Source: Dickeya dadantii NCPPB 898
Lineage (GTDB): Bacteria > Pseudomonadota > Gammaproteobacteria > Enterobacterales > Enterobacteriaceae
DNA: 32,000 bases
Assembly: GCF_000406145.1 (NCBI RefSeq)
Contig: NZ_CM001976.1
Span: 927,260-959,259 of the forward strand
Reading direction: 5' to 3'
The notes under the pieces are model-generated. The model searched no databases. It was given only the letters and a program-made list of their open reading frames with translations, and was not told the DNA's origin. Within the stretch, counting starts at the first letter, position 1. Every line of letters starts with the position of its first letter. This document shows, piece after piece, positions 1 to 9,856 of this stretch. A program made the position numbers and the translations under genes.

Positions 1-402
1 GACTTGGCTTTCTCTTCCAGCAACGGCAGATCAAACTCGATGACCACGTCGCCTTTTTTGACGCGCTGCCCTTCTTCCGCGATACGTTTAAAGCCTTCGC
101 CTTTCAGTTCAACGGTATCAATACCAAAGTGAACGAACAGTTCGATGCCATTGTCTGATTCGATGGAAAAAGCATGGTTAGTTTCGAAGATCTTACCAAT
201 GGTGCCGTCCACCGGCGCGACCATTTTGTTACCGCTAGGTTTGATAGCGATGCCATCGCCGACGATTTTCTCTGCGAATACCACATCAGGCACGTCTTCG
301 ATGTTGACGATTTCACCGGATAACGGGGCAATGATTTCGATGCTGCCGGTTTCTTTCTTGTCGTCAGAAACCAGAGATTTCAGTTTATCGAACAAACCCA
401 TG
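1..402 (-). pseudogene. crr: PTS glucose-specific IIA component (Crr), 3' end beyond the window; apparent +1 frameshift after codon 14
   Basis: Absent from the ORF track. The reverse complement of 361-402 reads [17 protein letters not shown]. Positions 359 down to 2 read [119 protein letters not shown], almost identical to E. coli IIA-Glc. The ATG (402, frame 0 mod 3) and the body (codon starts 2 mod 3) are out of frame because of one extra C (complement of G360). The ATG frame hits TGA after 27 codons. Position downstream of ptsHI matches the pts operon. Confidence 0.6.
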
Positions 403-442
403 ATTTTCTCCTAAGCATTAATATTGGGTCAGCACAGCGGTA

Positions 443-2170
443 TCAGCAAAGCGTCTTTTCTTTAATGAACCGGCTTACCAGACTGCTTAACTCTTCTGCT
501 GTCGGCTGGGCTAATGCCTGCTCCGCCAGCGCTTTCGCATCTTCGTAGTTGGCATTGCGAATAATTTTCTTGATGCGAGGAATCGAGATGGCACTCATGC
601 TGAATTCATCCAGACCCATCCCCAGCAGCAGTAGTGTAGCACGTTCGTCACCCGCGAGTTCACCGCACATGCCTGTCCACTTGCCTTCGGCGTGCGAGGC
701 GTCGATCACCTGCTTGATCAGGGTCAACACGGCCGGAGACATCGGGTTATAGAGATGAGAAATCAGCTCGTTCCCACGATCTACCGCCAGAGTATACTGG
801 GTTAAGTCATTTGTCCCAATACTAAAGAAGTCAACTTCCTTCGCCAGATGATGGGCGATGGCCGCTGCGGCCGGGGTTTCCACCATCACGCCGACTTCGA
901 TTGTTTCGTCGAACACTTTGCCTTCCGCACGCAACTGGCCTTTGAGCATCTCCAGTTCGGCTTTCAGCGTACGCACTTCTTCCACCGAAATGATCATCGG
1001 GAACATGATGCGCAGTTTGCCGAACGCGGACGCACGCAGAATAGCGCGCAACTGCGAATGCAGAATTTCCTTGCGATCAAGGCAGATACGAATCGCACGC
1101 CAGCCAAGGAACGGGTTCTCTTCCTTCGGCAGGTCCATGTACGGCAGGTCTTTGTCGCCGCCGATGTCCATGGTGCGCACGATCACCGCCTGCTCGCCCA
1201 CCGCTTCCGCGACGGCTTTGTAGGCCTGGAACTGCTCTTCTTCGGTCGGCAGGGCATCGCGATCCATGAACAGGAATTCGGTGCGATACAGGCCCACGCC
1301 TTCCGCGCCGTTACGCTCAGCGCCGGCGACGTCGCGCACGGTACCGATGTTGGCGCACACTTCCACCTGATGACCGTCCAGCGAGATGGCCGGCAGATCT
1401 TTCAGTTTGGCGAGTTCATATTTCTCGGTGTTGTACTGTTCCTGAACGGCCTTGAGCTGGTCAATGGTAGCCTGATCAGGATTCTGGTAAATCTTGTTGT
1501 TTACCCCGTCCAGAATGATGAAATCGCCATTCTTGATTTTCTGGGTGGCATCGGTGGTGCCCACGATAGCGGGCAGTTCCAGCGAACGCGCCATGATTGA
1601 GGTATGGGACGTACGGCCGCCGATATCGGTAATAAAACCCAGCACCTTGTCCAGGTTCAACTGCGCGGTTTCGGACGGGGTCAGATCTTTGGCAATCAGA
1701 ATCACTTCGTCCTGGATGTCGCCCAGGTCGACGATGTGCAGGCCCAGAATGTTTTTCAGCAGGCGCTTGCCGATGTCGCGCATATCCGCGGCGCGCTCTT
1801 TCAGGTATTCGTCATCCAGTTCTTCCAGCGCTTTCGCCTGGGTCTCGATGACGGAAAACGCCGCCGCGTCCGCGGACGCGTGGTCGTCTTTAATCAGGGA
1901 GATGATTTCCTGCTCGAATTCCTCATCTTCCAGCAGCATGATATGCCCTTCGAAGATGGCTTCTTTCTCTGGCCCCAGCGTTTCAGCCGCTTTTTGCTTG
2001 ATCGCTTCCAACTGCTTCGAGGCTTTGGCGCGACCCGTCAGAAAGAGTTCGATTTCCTGATCGACCTGGTCTGCAGAGATTTTTTTCCGGTTGACGACGA
2101 TCTCGTCATCTTTCAGTAGCAGCGCCTTACCAAAAGCAATTCCCGGTGATACTAATATGCCTGAAATCAT
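443..2170 (-). CDS. ptsI: PTS enzyme I (phosphoenolpyruvate-protein phosphotransferase)
   Basis: 575-aa ORF beginning [20 protein letters not shown], with [22 protein letters not shown] around the active-site His. Full-length collinear with E. coli PtsI and located between ptsH and crr. Confidence 0.97.
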   Translation of the reverse strand: MISGILVSPGIAFGKALLLKDDEIVVNRKKISADQVDQEIELFLTGRAKASKQLEAIKQKAAETLGPEKEAIFEGHIMLLEDEEFEQEIISLIKDDHASADAAAFSVIETQAKALEELDDEYLKERAADMRDIGKRLLKNILGLHIVDLGDIQDEVILIAKDLTPSETAQLNLDKVLGFITDIGGRTSHTSIMARSLELPAIVGTTDATQKIKNGDFIILDGVNNKIYQNPDQATIDQLKAVQEQYNTEKYELAKLKDLPAISLDGHQVEVCANIGTVRDVAGAERNGAEGVGLYRTEFLFMDRDALPTEEEQFQAYKAVAEAVGEQAVIVRTMDIGGDKDLPYMDLPKEENPFLGWRAIRICLDRKEILHSQLRAILRASAFGKLRIMFPMIISVEEVRTLKAELEMLKGQLRAEGKVFDETIEVGVMVETPAAAAIAHHLAKEVDFFSIGTNDLTQYTLAVDRGNELISHLYNPMSPAVLTLIKQVIDASHAEGKWTGMCGELAGDERATLLLLGMGLDEFSMSAISIPRIKKIIRNANYEDAKALAEQALAQPTAEELSSLVSRFIKEKTLC

Positions 2171-2217
2171 AACCCTACCTTACTTGATTCTGATGTTCAC
2201 TAAAGAGAGCGGGCCGT

Positions 2218-2475
2218 TTACTCAAGCTCAGCCATCAGTTTAACCAGATGCTCAACGGCTTGCTGCTCGTCTTCACCTTCGGCGGAAATGGTGACCACGG
2301 TACCCTGGGTCAGACCGAGGGTCTGCAATTTGAACAGGCTCTTGGCGCTGGCGCTTTTGCCGTTGGAGGTAACGGTGATTTCAGAGGTGAATCCTTTGGC
2401 TTCTTTCACGAACTGTGCGGCGGGACGAGTGTGCAGGCCATTCGGCGCGGTAATCGTTACTTCTTGCTGGAACAT
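2218..2475 (-). CDS. ptsH: Phosphocarrier protein HPr
   Basis: The ORF track gives 96 aa from an upstream ATG. The canonical 85-aa HPr starts at [29 protein letters not shown] (ATG at 2473-2475, GGGGAAA upstream). Confidence 0.95.
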   Translation of the reverse strand: MFQQEVTITAPNGLHTRPAAQFVKEAKGFTSEITVTSNGKSASAKSLFKLQTLGLTQGTVVTISAEGEDEQQAVEHLVKLMAELE

Positions 2476-2818
2476 TCTGTTTTCCCCAACTTGTTGGATT
2501 AGGTTCATGTTGTGGAACTAAAGTTTAGTGTATGTACTTAACTTTAGCCTGTTTGGTTGCCCTGAATGGTTCAGGACAGGCCGGGATGCGGTTGAGGAAA
2601 ACGGTGTGCGCTTACCCCTGGTTAACGTCGACAATGCCCCGTGCTGTTTCCTGCGATGATGAAGCGTCCGGCCATGCTGCTCCATGTCGCTGGAATGATA
2701 TCCGTATGTGGGGGCCTCGACGGATATTAATTTCACGCATCAAAATAATTGTCCGGTTAAATACTAAACCTGACTGGGAAAAGCAATGTGTAAGTAACAG
2801 AAAGTTTGAACTCGGCCA

Positions 2819-2848
2819 CAAAAAAGCACCCCGGAGGGTGCTTTTTTA
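2819..2848 (-). terminator. Rho-independent (bidirectional-looking) terminator downstream of cysK
   Basis: Hairpin agcaccc-cgga-gggtgct (2825-2842), flanked by an A-run on the left and a T-run on the right. It lies 33 bp after the cysK stop. Confidence 0.8.
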
Positions 2849-2880
2849 ACTTTTAAATCACATTTGTGACCAGGGGAAGC

Positions 2881-3849
2881 TTACTGCTGCAGTTCCTGTT
2901 CGGTGAACAGATCGGCAAACAACGCCGTACTGAGGTAACGTTCGCCGGAAGAGGGCAGGATCACCACGATGGTCTTGTTGGCGAATTCCTCTTCTTTCAG
3001 CAGGTTCAGGGCCGCCGCTACCGCTGCGCCTGAAGAGATCCCCGCCAGAATGCCTTCTTCTTCCATCAGACGGCGCGCGGTGTGGATAGCCTCTTCGTTG
3101 GTGACGCGCTCAACGCGATCGACCAGTTTCAGGTCCAGGTTGGCTGGAATGAAACCGGCGCCGATCCCCTGGATCTTGTGCGGACCGGGTTTGATCTCTT
3201 CACCAGCCAGCGCCTGGGTGATGACCGGCGAGTCGGTTGGCTCAACGGCAACGGAGATGATGGCTTTACCCTTGGTGTTCTTGATGTAACGGCTAACGCC
3301 GGTCAGCGTACCGCCGGTGCCCACGCCGGAAATGAACACGTCCACTTCGCCGTCGGTGTCTTCCCAGATTTCCGGGCCGGTGGTTTTTTCGTGAATTTCC
3401 GGGTTGGCCGGGTTACTGAACTGCTGCAGCAGCAGGTAACGTTGCGGGTCGCTGGCCACGATTTCTTCGGCTTTGGCAATAGCGCCCTTCATGCCTTTGG
3501 CGCCTTCGGTCAGCACCAGGTTGGCGCCCAGCGCCTTGAGCAGTTTGCGGCGTTCAATGCTCATGGTTTCCGGCATGGTCAGCGTCAGTTTATAACCGCG
3601 CGCCGCCGCCACATACGCCAGTGCGATACCGGTATTACCGCTGGTCGGTTCTACGAGTTCGATGCCGGGCTTCAGCACGCCGCGTTTTTCGGCATCCCAA
3701 ATCAGGTTGGCGCCGATACGGCATTTCACGCTGAAGCTCGGGTTACGCGACTCCACCTTAGCCAGAATACGCCCATTGCCGATGCGATTCAGACGAACCA
3801 GCGGCGTATGGCCGATAGTGAAAGAATTGTCTTCGTAGATCTTACTCAT
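2881..3849 (-). CDS. cysK: Cysteine synthase A (O-acetylserine sulfhydrylase)
   Basis: 322 aa, [47 protein letters not shown] (PLP lysine motif). Near-identical to E. coli CysK along its whole length. Confidence 0.97.
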   Translation of the reverse strand: MSKIYEDNSFTIGHTPLVRLNRIGNGRILAKVESRNPSFSVKCRIGANLIWDAEKRGVLKPGIELVEPTSGNTGIALAYVAAARGYKLTLTMPETMSIERRKLLKALGANLVLTEGAKGMKGAIAKAEEIVASDPQRYLLLQQFSNPANPEIHEKTTGPEIWEDTDGEVDVFISGVGTGGTLTGVSRYIKNTKGKAIISVAVEPTDSPVITQALAGEEIKPGPHKIQGIGAGFIPANLDLKLVDRVERVTNEEAIHTARRLMEEEGILAGISSGAAVAAALNLLKEEEFANKTIVVILPSSGERYLSTALFADLFTEQELQQ

Positions 3850-4011
3850 AGCCCGTCCTTAATAACTGTATGAAATTTTTGCGAACCGTAGAGAGAATAC
3901 TCGTTCGGGACAGCCAGTGAAGGAAAGAATCGCTATATCGATATGTTCTGAGGAAATATGTTTTCATCAATATCCAGTTATAGAACATATTAGCGCCAAT
4001 ATCCTTCCCAC

Positions 4012-4782
4012 TCAGCTTCGGTGCAGTGTGCCGGAAAGGTGACGATAACGATCAACCCACAGGGCCGTGGCGCCGCAGACCGCCACCGGCATGATCAACA
4101 GATTAAGCACCGGCACCATGGTGCACAGGCTGACCAGCGCGCCAAACTGTAGATTGGTTAGCTTGTTTTGCCGCAACGCCTGCCGCATGGCTGAAAAGCC
4201 GACTTTGTGGTTGTCGAACGGGTAATCGCAGTACTGGATTGCCAGCATCCAGGCGCCAAACAGGAACCACACCACCGGCACCACCGTCTGGCCGATGCCG
4301 GGCACGAAATACAACAGCAGCAATACCAGTACCCGCGGTAAATAGTAGGCCAGTTTTTGAATTTCTCGCCGCATGATACGGGGCACGTCTTTGGCGATAT
4401 CAAGGATACCGCTGGCCGGCAGCGGCTGGCCGGTCAACCGGGCTTCCAACTGTTCCGCCAGCAGGCCGTTGAACGGCGCGGCGATCAGGTTGGTGATGGT
4501 GCTGAAAAAATAGCTGAACACCAGCAGCACGGAGAGGGTCACCAGCGGCCAGAGCAGATAGCTCAGCCACTGCAGCCAGTCCGGCACATGGGTCATCAGT
4601 TGCGGTATCCAGGTGCCAAGCTGGTGGAACAACCACCAAAAAGCGCCGCCCATCAGCAGGATATTAACCAGCATGGGAAGAATGACAAAACGGCGGATGC
4701 CGGGCAGTGAGAGAAGTTGCCAGCCTTTCAGAAAGTAATGCAGGCCGCTGTGTTTGGGATCAAGGTGTTGCGTGTAAGACAT
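4012..4782 (-). CDS. cysZ: Sulfate transporter CysZ
   Basis: 256 aa, multi-[23 protein letters not shown]...[14 protein letters not shown] matches E. coli CysZ. The cysZ-cysK-ptsHI-crr order is conserved. Confidence 0.93.
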   Translation of the reverse strand: MSYTQHLDPKHSGLHYFLKGWQLLSLPGIRRFVILPMLVNILLMGGAFWWLFHQLGTWIPQLMTHVPDWLQWLSYLLWPLVTLSVLLVFSYFFSTITNLIAAPFNGLLAEQLEARLTGQPLPASGILDIAKDVPRIMRREIQKLAYYLPRVLVLLLLYFVPGIGQTVVPVVWFLFGAWMLAIQYCDYPFDNHKVGFSAMRQALRQNKLTNLQFGALVSLCTMVPVLNLLIMPVAVCGATALWVDRYRHLSGTLHRS

Positions 4783-5004
4783 GGTGCTGTTCTCACCCTA
4801 TGATATGCAGGTTACGGCATCATATCGGGATGATTTTCAGCTGGCTAGTTGCGATTTGCATGAAAAAACGGCAAAAAAATGCCCGCAGTCGATCTTTATT
4901 ATCATAAACTAGCGCCCAGACTTGCACTTGGGTACACAGGCAAATACAGTTAGAGGTATGTGTATTTGCCGTAGTGGCAACGTATTGGAATAACTGGGAT
5001 AGCA

Positions 5005-5931
5005 ATGATGCAGGACCTGCGTCTGATCTTGATTGTTGTTGGCGCGATCGCAATTATAGCACTGTTACTGCATGGTCTTTGGACAAGCCGTAAGGAGCGC
5101 TCGTCCCTTTTCCGCGATCGTCCGGTAAAACGCCTGAAGCCAAAGCGTGACGACGCCCCGCTGGAGGAGCTTGATGAAGGGGTCGGCGAGGTGCGGGTAA
5201 CGCATTCCCGCGGCCAGCAGAATCCTTCGCCCGGCAACTATACGCCTTCGGGCGAGCGTTCAGCGCCGTCCTTCGGGCAGGAACCGGCGGCCTATGATCC
5301 GCTGCTGGATGACGTCGAGCCGCAAGCGCCGTTGCGTCAGCCCGTTCAGCCTGAGGCACCGCGTGCGGAGCCTCAGCCCACTCCCCAGTATCAGCAACCG
5401 CAGCCGGTATCCGAACCCGTTGCGCGCACTGTCGACGAGACTGTGTCGGAAGCCTATGACCGGCAACCCGAACCGCCGGCGCCAGACGCGCCCGCGGCCG
5501 CACAGCAGCAGGAAGCCGTGCTGGTGCTGCATGTGGCGGCGCATCAGGGCGGTGTGATCGGCGGCGAATTGTTGCTGCAAAGCGTGTTGCAGTCCGGTTT
5601 CCAGTTCGGCGAAATGAACATTTTCCACCGTCACGTCAATCCGGCGGGCAGCGGCCCGGTGCTGTTCAGCCTGGCCAACATGGTCAAACCCGGTTCTTTC
5701 AATGTGGACGCGATGTCCGAGTTCACCACGCCGGGTGTGTCGATTTTCATGATGGTGCCGTCTTACGGCGACGCCAGCCAGAATTTCAAGCTGATGCTGC
5801 AGTCGGCTCAGCGTATCGCCGATGACGTGGGCGGCGTTGTGCTGGACGACGAGCGTCGTCTGGTGACGCCGCAGAAAGTGGAAGCCTATAAAGCTCGTAT
5901 TCGTGCGGTACTCAAGGCTAATGGCGAATAA
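5005..5931 (+). CDS. zipA: Cell division protein ZipA
   Basis: [35 protein letters not shown]-terminal TM anchor, a long P/Q/E-rich linker, and the C-terminal FtsZ-binding domain ([13 protein letters not shown]...[22 protein letters not shown]). Divergent from cysZ as in E. coli. Confidence 0.93.
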   Translation: MMQDLRLILIVVGAIAIIALLLHGLWTSRKERSSLFRDRPVKRLKPKRDDAPLEELDEGVGEVRVTHSRGQQNPSPGNYTPSGERSAPSFGQEPAAYDPLLDDVEPQAPLRQPVQPEAPRAEPQPTPQYQQPQPVSEPVARTVDETVSEAYDRQPEPPAPDAPAAAQQQEAVLVLHVAAHQGGVIGGELLLQSVLQSGFQFGEMNIFHRHVNPAGSGPVLFSLANMVKPGSFNVDAMSEFTTPGVSIFMMVPSYGDASQNFKLMLQSAQRIADDVGGVVLDDERRLVTPQKVEAYKARIRAVLKANGE

Positions 5932-5982
5932 CGTTCAGGGCGAATAACGGCGAATGTGTCGTTAATACTTGTAGTTTTCAGA

Positions 5983-6007
5983 AGCCTCCGTCCGCGGGGG
6001 CTTTTTA
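5983..6007 (+). terminator. Putative rho-independent terminator after zipA
   Basis: agcctcc-gtccgc-gggggct imperfect stem followed by TTTTT, about 50 bp after the zipA stop. Confidence 0.55.
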
Positions 6008-6094
6008 CTTTCACCGTGTTCGTCCGTGCGGCGTTCACGTTCAATGCGTCGGCGCGGGGCAAGATGCGTGCCAGCTGGCGACAAGGTGTAGACA

Positions 6095-7348
6095 GTGGGC
6101 GGCAGTAATACGTTAAAACAGGAGTTGGGGCTGGTGCAGGGCATCGGGTTGTTGTCGACCTCGTTGCTGGGGACCGGCGTGTTTGCCGTGCCCGCACTGG
6201 TGGCGGAGCAGGCGCGAGGCGATAGCCTGTGGGCCTGGCCGCTGCTGATTGCGCTGGTGTTTCCAATCGCTATCGCCTTTGCGTCGCTTGGCCGGCACTT
6301 CCCGAATGCCGGCGGCGCGGCGCATTTTGTTCGGCTGGCGTTTGGCCCCCGTCTGGCCCGGGTCACCGGTTGGTTATTTTTGTCGGTCATCCCGGTCGGT
6401 TTGCCCGCGGCGATGCAAATCGCCGCCGGTTTCTGGCAGGCGGCCTTTGGCCTGACGGCGGGCGGCTTACTGTTGGTGCAATTGCTGACGCTGGCCGTGA
6501 TCTGGCTGCTGGGCATGCGCAGCGCCGGTTCCAGCGCCACGATACAGACGCTGATTGCGCTGCTGGTGGTCTTACTGGTGGCGGCGATCTGGTGGCAGGG
6601 TCGGATTATGCCGTCCCAGATTCCGTGGCCTGCGCTGGCGGACATTAGCGGAACGAAGATGCTGGATGCGCTGGCGGTGATGTTCTGGTGCTTCGTCGGG
6701 CTGGAGGCTTTTGCCCATCTGGCGACGGAGTTCAAATCGCCCGAGCGGGATTTTCCACGCGCGTTGCTGATCGGTATGCTGCTGGCGGGCGCCGTTTACT
6801 GGGGATGTACTGTCGCGGTGTTGCATTTCGGCGCGTATGGCCCTCATCAGGCGGCTACTGCGTCTTTGCCCGGTATCGTGGTGCGTCTGTTCGGCGATCA
6901 TGCATTGTGGCTGGCCTGCATAGTGGGCTATCTCGCCTGTTTTGCCAGCGTGAATATCTATACTCAGGGCTTTGCCCGGCTGGTGTGGTCGCAGGCGCCA
7001 GAAGAGAGCCGGCTGGCCCGTTTATCGGCGTCGCGTACGCCGGTGAATGCGTTATCGCTGGTGGTGGCTTGCTGTTTGATCTGCTGTCTGGTCATTTACT
7101 GGCTGAACTTGCCGCTATCCGAGCTGATCGTTTACGCCAACGGCATTTTCATTCTGATTTATCTGCTGTGCATGCTGGCGGGGTGGCGTCTGTTGCGCGG
7201 GCGTTCCCGCGTGATGGCGAGCGTCGGCAGCGTACTGTGCGCGGCGCTGTTGCTGACGCTCGGCTGGAAGTCGTTGTATGCGTTGGGGATGCTGGCGGCG
7301 TTGTGGTTGCTGCTGCCAGCCAGACGCGAGGCCGTGACGGCTGGGTGA
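6095..7348 (+). CDS. yjeH: APC-family amino-acid exporter, YjeH-like (L-methionine/branched-chain amino acid exporter)
   Basis: 417 aa. LKQELGLVQGIGLLSTSLLGTGVFAVPAL...VMFWCFVGLEAFAHLATEFKSPERDFPRAL...GWKSLYALGMLAALWLLLP is collinear with E. coli YjeH. GTG start with AAGGTG upstream; the exact start is uncertain. Confidence 0.86.
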   Translation: MGGSNTLKQELGLVQGIGLLSTSLLGTGVFAVPALVAEQARGDSLWAWPLLIALVFPIAIAFASLGRHFPNAGGAAHFVRLAFGPRLARVTGWLFLSVIPVGLPAAMQIAAGFWQAAFGLTAGGLLLVQLLTLAVIWLLGMRSAGSSATIQTLIALLVVLLVAAIWWQGRIMPSQIPWPALADISGTKMLDALAVMFWCFVGLEAFAHLATEFKSPERDFPRALLIGMLLAGAVYWGCTVAVLHFGAYGPHQAATASLPGIVVRLFGDHALWLACIVGYLACFASVNIYTQGFARLVWSQAPEESRLARLSASRTPVNALSLVVACCLICCLVIYWLNLPLSELIVYANGIFILIYLLCMLAGWRLLRGRSRVMASVGSVLCAALLLTLGWKSLYALGMLAALWLLLPARREAVTAG

Positions 7349-7357
7349 AAGTGAAAG

Positions 7358-7382
7358 CAGACAGGGCAGAAAGCCCTGTCTG
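7358..7382. terminator. Hairpin between convergent yjeH and ubiK (terminator-like, weak U tracts)
   Basis: Perfect 10-bp stem cagacagggc-agaaa-gccctgtctg. Confidence 0.45.
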
Positions 7383-7400
7383 GCACCGCGCCGGCAGGGA

Positions 7401-7685
7401 TTACTGCGGATCGGCTGGCGGCTGTGATGTCGGCTCGCTGCCTGCGGCTTTCGCTTCCAGCGCGCTCAGACGCTGCTCCAGCAGCGCCAGTTTCTCGCGG
7501 GTTCGCAGCAATACCTGGGTTTGCACATCAAACTCTTCGCGGCTGACCAAATCCAGTTTGCCCAGTTGCGATTGCAGAATCTGACGGATTTTCTTCTCCA
7601 CATCCTCGCCAAATTCCCGGATGCCTTTTGGCATGGATTCCTGCACCTGACGGGCAATCTGCTCTAACTTTTTCGGGTCAATCAT
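7401..7685 (-). CDS. ubiK: Ubiquinone biosynthesis accessory factor UbiK (YqiC)
   Basis: Track ORF is 119 aa. The conserved protein starts at [35 protein letters not shown] (ATG 7683-7685), matching the E. coli UbiK N-terminus. Divergent from ribB as in E. coli. Confidence 0.9.
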   Translation of the reverse strand: MIDPKKLEQIARQVQESMPKGIREFGEDVEKKIRQILQSQLGKLDLVSREEFDVQTQVLLRTREKLALLEQRLSALEAKAAGSEPTSQPPADPQ

Positions 7686-7810
7686 GACGCTTTCCTGAAC
7701 TGTTTGACGAAATGGCCTATATAGCCCAAGTGTAATGCCAGACTGAAGCGGTATAAACAAAAAGTGATTTTCATGCGATGAATTTTGCGATCCATAAGCG
7801 GCGTTAGAGA

Positions 7811-7839
7811 TTGCCCGTCCCTCCGGTTAGCGCTATAGT
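7811..7839 (+). promoter_or_regulatory. Putative sigma-70 promoter of the ribB leader
   Basis: TTGCCC (7811-7816), 17-nt spacer, TATAGT (7834-7839). The predicted start falls just before GCTTATTCTCAGGGC, the first bases of the RFN element. Confidence 0.5.
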
Positions 7840-7845
7840 AGCCCT

Positions 7846-8006
7846 GCTTATTCTCAGGGCGGGGCGTAATTCCCCACCGGCGGTAAACCAGTTTGCGCCA
7901 TCAGGCCAGCTGGAAGCCCGCGAGCGCTCAGGCGGTATCGTTTGAGGTCAGCAGATCCGGTGCAATTCCGGGGCCGACGGTAATAGTCCGGATGGGAGAG
8001 AGTAAC
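7846..8006 (+). promoter_or_regulatory. FMN riboswitch (RFN element) controlling ribB
   Basis: Conserved RFN blocks: gcttattctcagggcggggcgtaattccccaccggcggtaa ... agcccgcgagcgc ... ggtcagcagatccggtgcaattccggggccgacggtaatagtccggatgggagagagtaacgg. Located in the 5' leader of ribB as in E. coli. Confidence 0.92.
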
Positions 8007-8132
8007 GGTTTCTGACAGGCTTACGCCTGCCCGCGTTATTTTTGCGTTTTTGCCTGTTTATTCAGTGCAAAAGCGGCTCCTCAAGTTCGCCCTGATTCTG
8101 GTAATCCATATTAACAATGAGGTTTCTTTACC

Positions 8133-8786
8133 ATGAATCAGACTTTACTTTCCGAATTCGGTACCCCTGTCGAACGTGTTGAACGTGCGCTGGATGCGTT
8201 GCGTCACGGCCGCGGTGTGATGGTGCTGGACGATGAAAATCGTGAAAACGAAGGTGACATGATTTTCCCGGCCGAAACCATGACCGTTGAGCAGATGGCG
8301 CTGACCATCCGTCACGGCAGCGGCATCGTGTGCCTGTGTCTCACCGAGGAACGCCGCCAGAAGCTGGAACTGCCGATGATGGTGGAAAACAACTCCAGCC
8401 ATTTCCAGACCGCGTTCACCGTCACGATTGAAGCCGCCGAAGGCGTCACCACCGGCGTATCCGCCGCTGACCGTCTGACCACGATTCGCGTGGCGACTGC
8501 CGATGACGCTCGCCCGAGCGACCTGAACCGTCCCGGCCATGTGTTCCCGCTGCGTGCGCAGCCGGGCGGCGTGCTGGCGCGCGGCGGCCACACCGAAGCG
8601 ACGGTGGATTTGATGCGTCTGGCCGGGTTCAAACCGTTCGGCGTGTTGTGCGAACTGACGAATGATGATGGTTCCATGGCCCACGCGCCGGAAGTGATCG
8701 CCTTCGCGAAACAGCACGCTATGCCGGTACTGACCATCGAAGATTTGGTGGCCTACCGCCAGGCGGCTGAGCGTAAAGCCAGCTGA
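8133..8786 (+). CDS. ribB: 3,4-dihydroxy-2-butanone-4-phosphate synthase
   Basis: 217 aa, [48 protein letters not shown]. Full-length match to RibB. Confidence 0.97.
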   Translation: MNQTLLSEFGTPVERVERALDALRHGRGVMVLDDENRENEGDMIFPAETMTVEQMALTIRHGSGIVCLCLTEERRQKLELPMMVENNSSHFQTAFTVTIEAAEGVTTGVSAADRLTTIRVATADDARPSDLNRPGHVFPLRAQPGGVLARGGHTEATVDLMRLAGFKPFGVLCELTNDDGSMAHAPEVIAFAKQHAMPVLTIEDLVAYRQAAERKAS

Positions 8787-8820
8787 TTATCCGGCGGCGT
8801 GCCGCTGACTGTTGTTCCCG

Positions 8821-8850
8821 CAGGGCCGGTTTTCCGGCCCTGATTGTTTT
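8821..8850 (+). terminator. Rho-independent terminator after ribB
   Basis: cagggccgg-tttt-ccggccctg (8821-8842) followed by attgtttt. Confidence 0.75.
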
Positions 8851-8862
8851 CAGGCGTCGGCT

Positions 8863-9726
8863 TCAGGCAGGTTTGCGCGCCAGCAGCGTGGCAAAGCGCA
8901 GTTTGATACGGTTGCCGTTGGCGTCGGTTTTGTGCAGTTCTCCCACATCCTCGTTGTATTTCACGATCTCCCAGTCACGATAATAGTCGTGCAACTCGTT
9001 GTGCCCGAAGGTGAACGAGAACGGCATCGGGCAGGGGAAATCGTCGGTGGACATGGCGGCGACGATCAGGTTATAGCCCCCGGCGACGGTGTGTTGCTGC
9101 ATGTTGCTGACGATAGCCGGGATCCGCGCCCGCTCCAGAAACATAAACACCACTGTCGACAGGATGAAATCGTACTGGTGACGAATATCGGCCAGATTGA
9201 TGTCGTGGACGAACGCATCAATCCGGCTGAGCGGTTCGCCGGCGATGATGCTATTAAGTGAATCAATGCTCATCGCGTTTTTGTCGCAGGCGGTGACGTC
9301 AAACCCTTTCAGATTCAGGTAGAGCGCGTTGCGCCCGCCGCCGCAGCCCAGATCCAGCGCTTTTCCCGGCTGAACATAACGCAGGGCGTTGATCACTTCC
9401 GAGTGGGTGCGTGTCAGCTCATACTTTTTGTGGTAATAGTCTTCCGCCGAGCAGTAAAAGCCCAACTGGCATTCCAGATCGTCTGAAAATGAGACGATGC
9501 GATGCCAGCACTGCGGTTCAATATAGGGCGGTTGCTGCTGAGGTGAGAACTGGAAGCGCTCTTTGGTGTCACCCTGTTCTGTTAGCAGGTCGAACGTCAG
9601 CTCGCCTTTTAAAATCTGTAGCTTTGCCCAGGTACCTTCTTTAGTGTTGTGTTTTTCCTGGAATGCCGCAGGCAGCGTGCTGCTGTTCCATACCGGCATG
9701 TGTTTATAACAAATCAGTTCTTGCAT
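8863..9726 (-). CDS. tehB: Long-form tellurite-resistance SAM-dependent methyltransferase TehB (N-terminal DUF1971 domain plus methyltransferase)
   Basis: [35 protein letters not shown]...[14 protein letters not shown]...[24 protein letters not shown]...[24 protein letters not shown] is collinear with the 286-aa Haemophilus-type TehB. Preferred start is ATG 9724-9726 (GAGG 5 nt upstream); the track start 9741 adds 5 aa. No tehA is adjacent. Confidence 0.87.
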   Translation of the reverse strand: MQELICYKHMPVWNSSTLPAAFQEKHNTKEGTWAKLQILKGELTFDLLTEQGDTKERFQFSPQQQPPYIEPQCWHRIVSFSDDLECQLGFYCSAEDYYHKKYELTRTHSEVINALRYVQPGKALDLGCGGGRNALYLNLKGFDVTACDKNAMSIDSLNSIIAGEPLSRIDAFVHDINLADIRHQYDFILSTVVFMFLERARIPAIVSNMQQHTVAGGYNLIVAAMSTDDFPCPMPFSFTFGHNELHDYYRDWEIVKYNEDVGELHKTDANGNRIKLRFATLLARKPA

Positions 9727-9786
9727 AAAAACCTCGTGCATCCGCGTATCCGGCTATTCTATTAATCACGCGATGGTGTGACCAGA

Positions 9787-9809
9787 AATATGTATTGTAA
9801 ATACATCAA
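9787..9809. promoter_or_regulatory. NsrR-like operator (11-1-11 inverted repeat) in the tehB promoter region
   Basis: AATATGTATTG-T-AAATACATCAA matches the remembered NsrR consensus AAGATGYATTT-N-AAATRCATCTT at 18 of 22 positions. It contains the perfect palindrome ATGTATT-GTA-AATACAT, lies 61-83 bp upstream of the tehB ATG, and overlaps a TACAAT -10-like hexamer on the minus strand. Confidence 0.45.
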
Positions 9810-9856
9810 ATAATCTGCTGACCGTATGGCGACCATTACATCGATATGATGGCGAC

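Noticed and set aside
848-2119. Long plus-strand ORFs (250, 188 and 171 aa) antisense to ptsI. Similar antisense ORFs lie inside cysK, norV, norR, fumA, the flavoprotein gene, the MFS gene and the ABC genes.
   Set aside because: They lie entirely within well-supported conserved genes on the other strand. Their products are Arg/Gly/His-rich low-complexity sequences with no recognisable motifs. This is the expected stop-codon depletion of antisense frames in GC-rich DNA.
2476-2508. 11-codon N-terminal extension of ptsH in the ORF track
   Set aside because: HPr is universally about 85 aa and starts at MFQQ. The internal ATG has its own purine-rich RBS.
2857-2873. TCACA-TT-TGTGA palindrome just after the cysK stop, considered as a CRP site
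   Set aside because: The half-sites are in the wrong orientation and spacing for CRP (TGTGA-N6-TCACA). It lies in a 3' UTR and is probably an incidental small hairpin.
5962-6735. 257-aa minus-strand ORF overlapping yjeH
   Set aside because: It is antisense to a full-length YjeH homolog and has no motifs.
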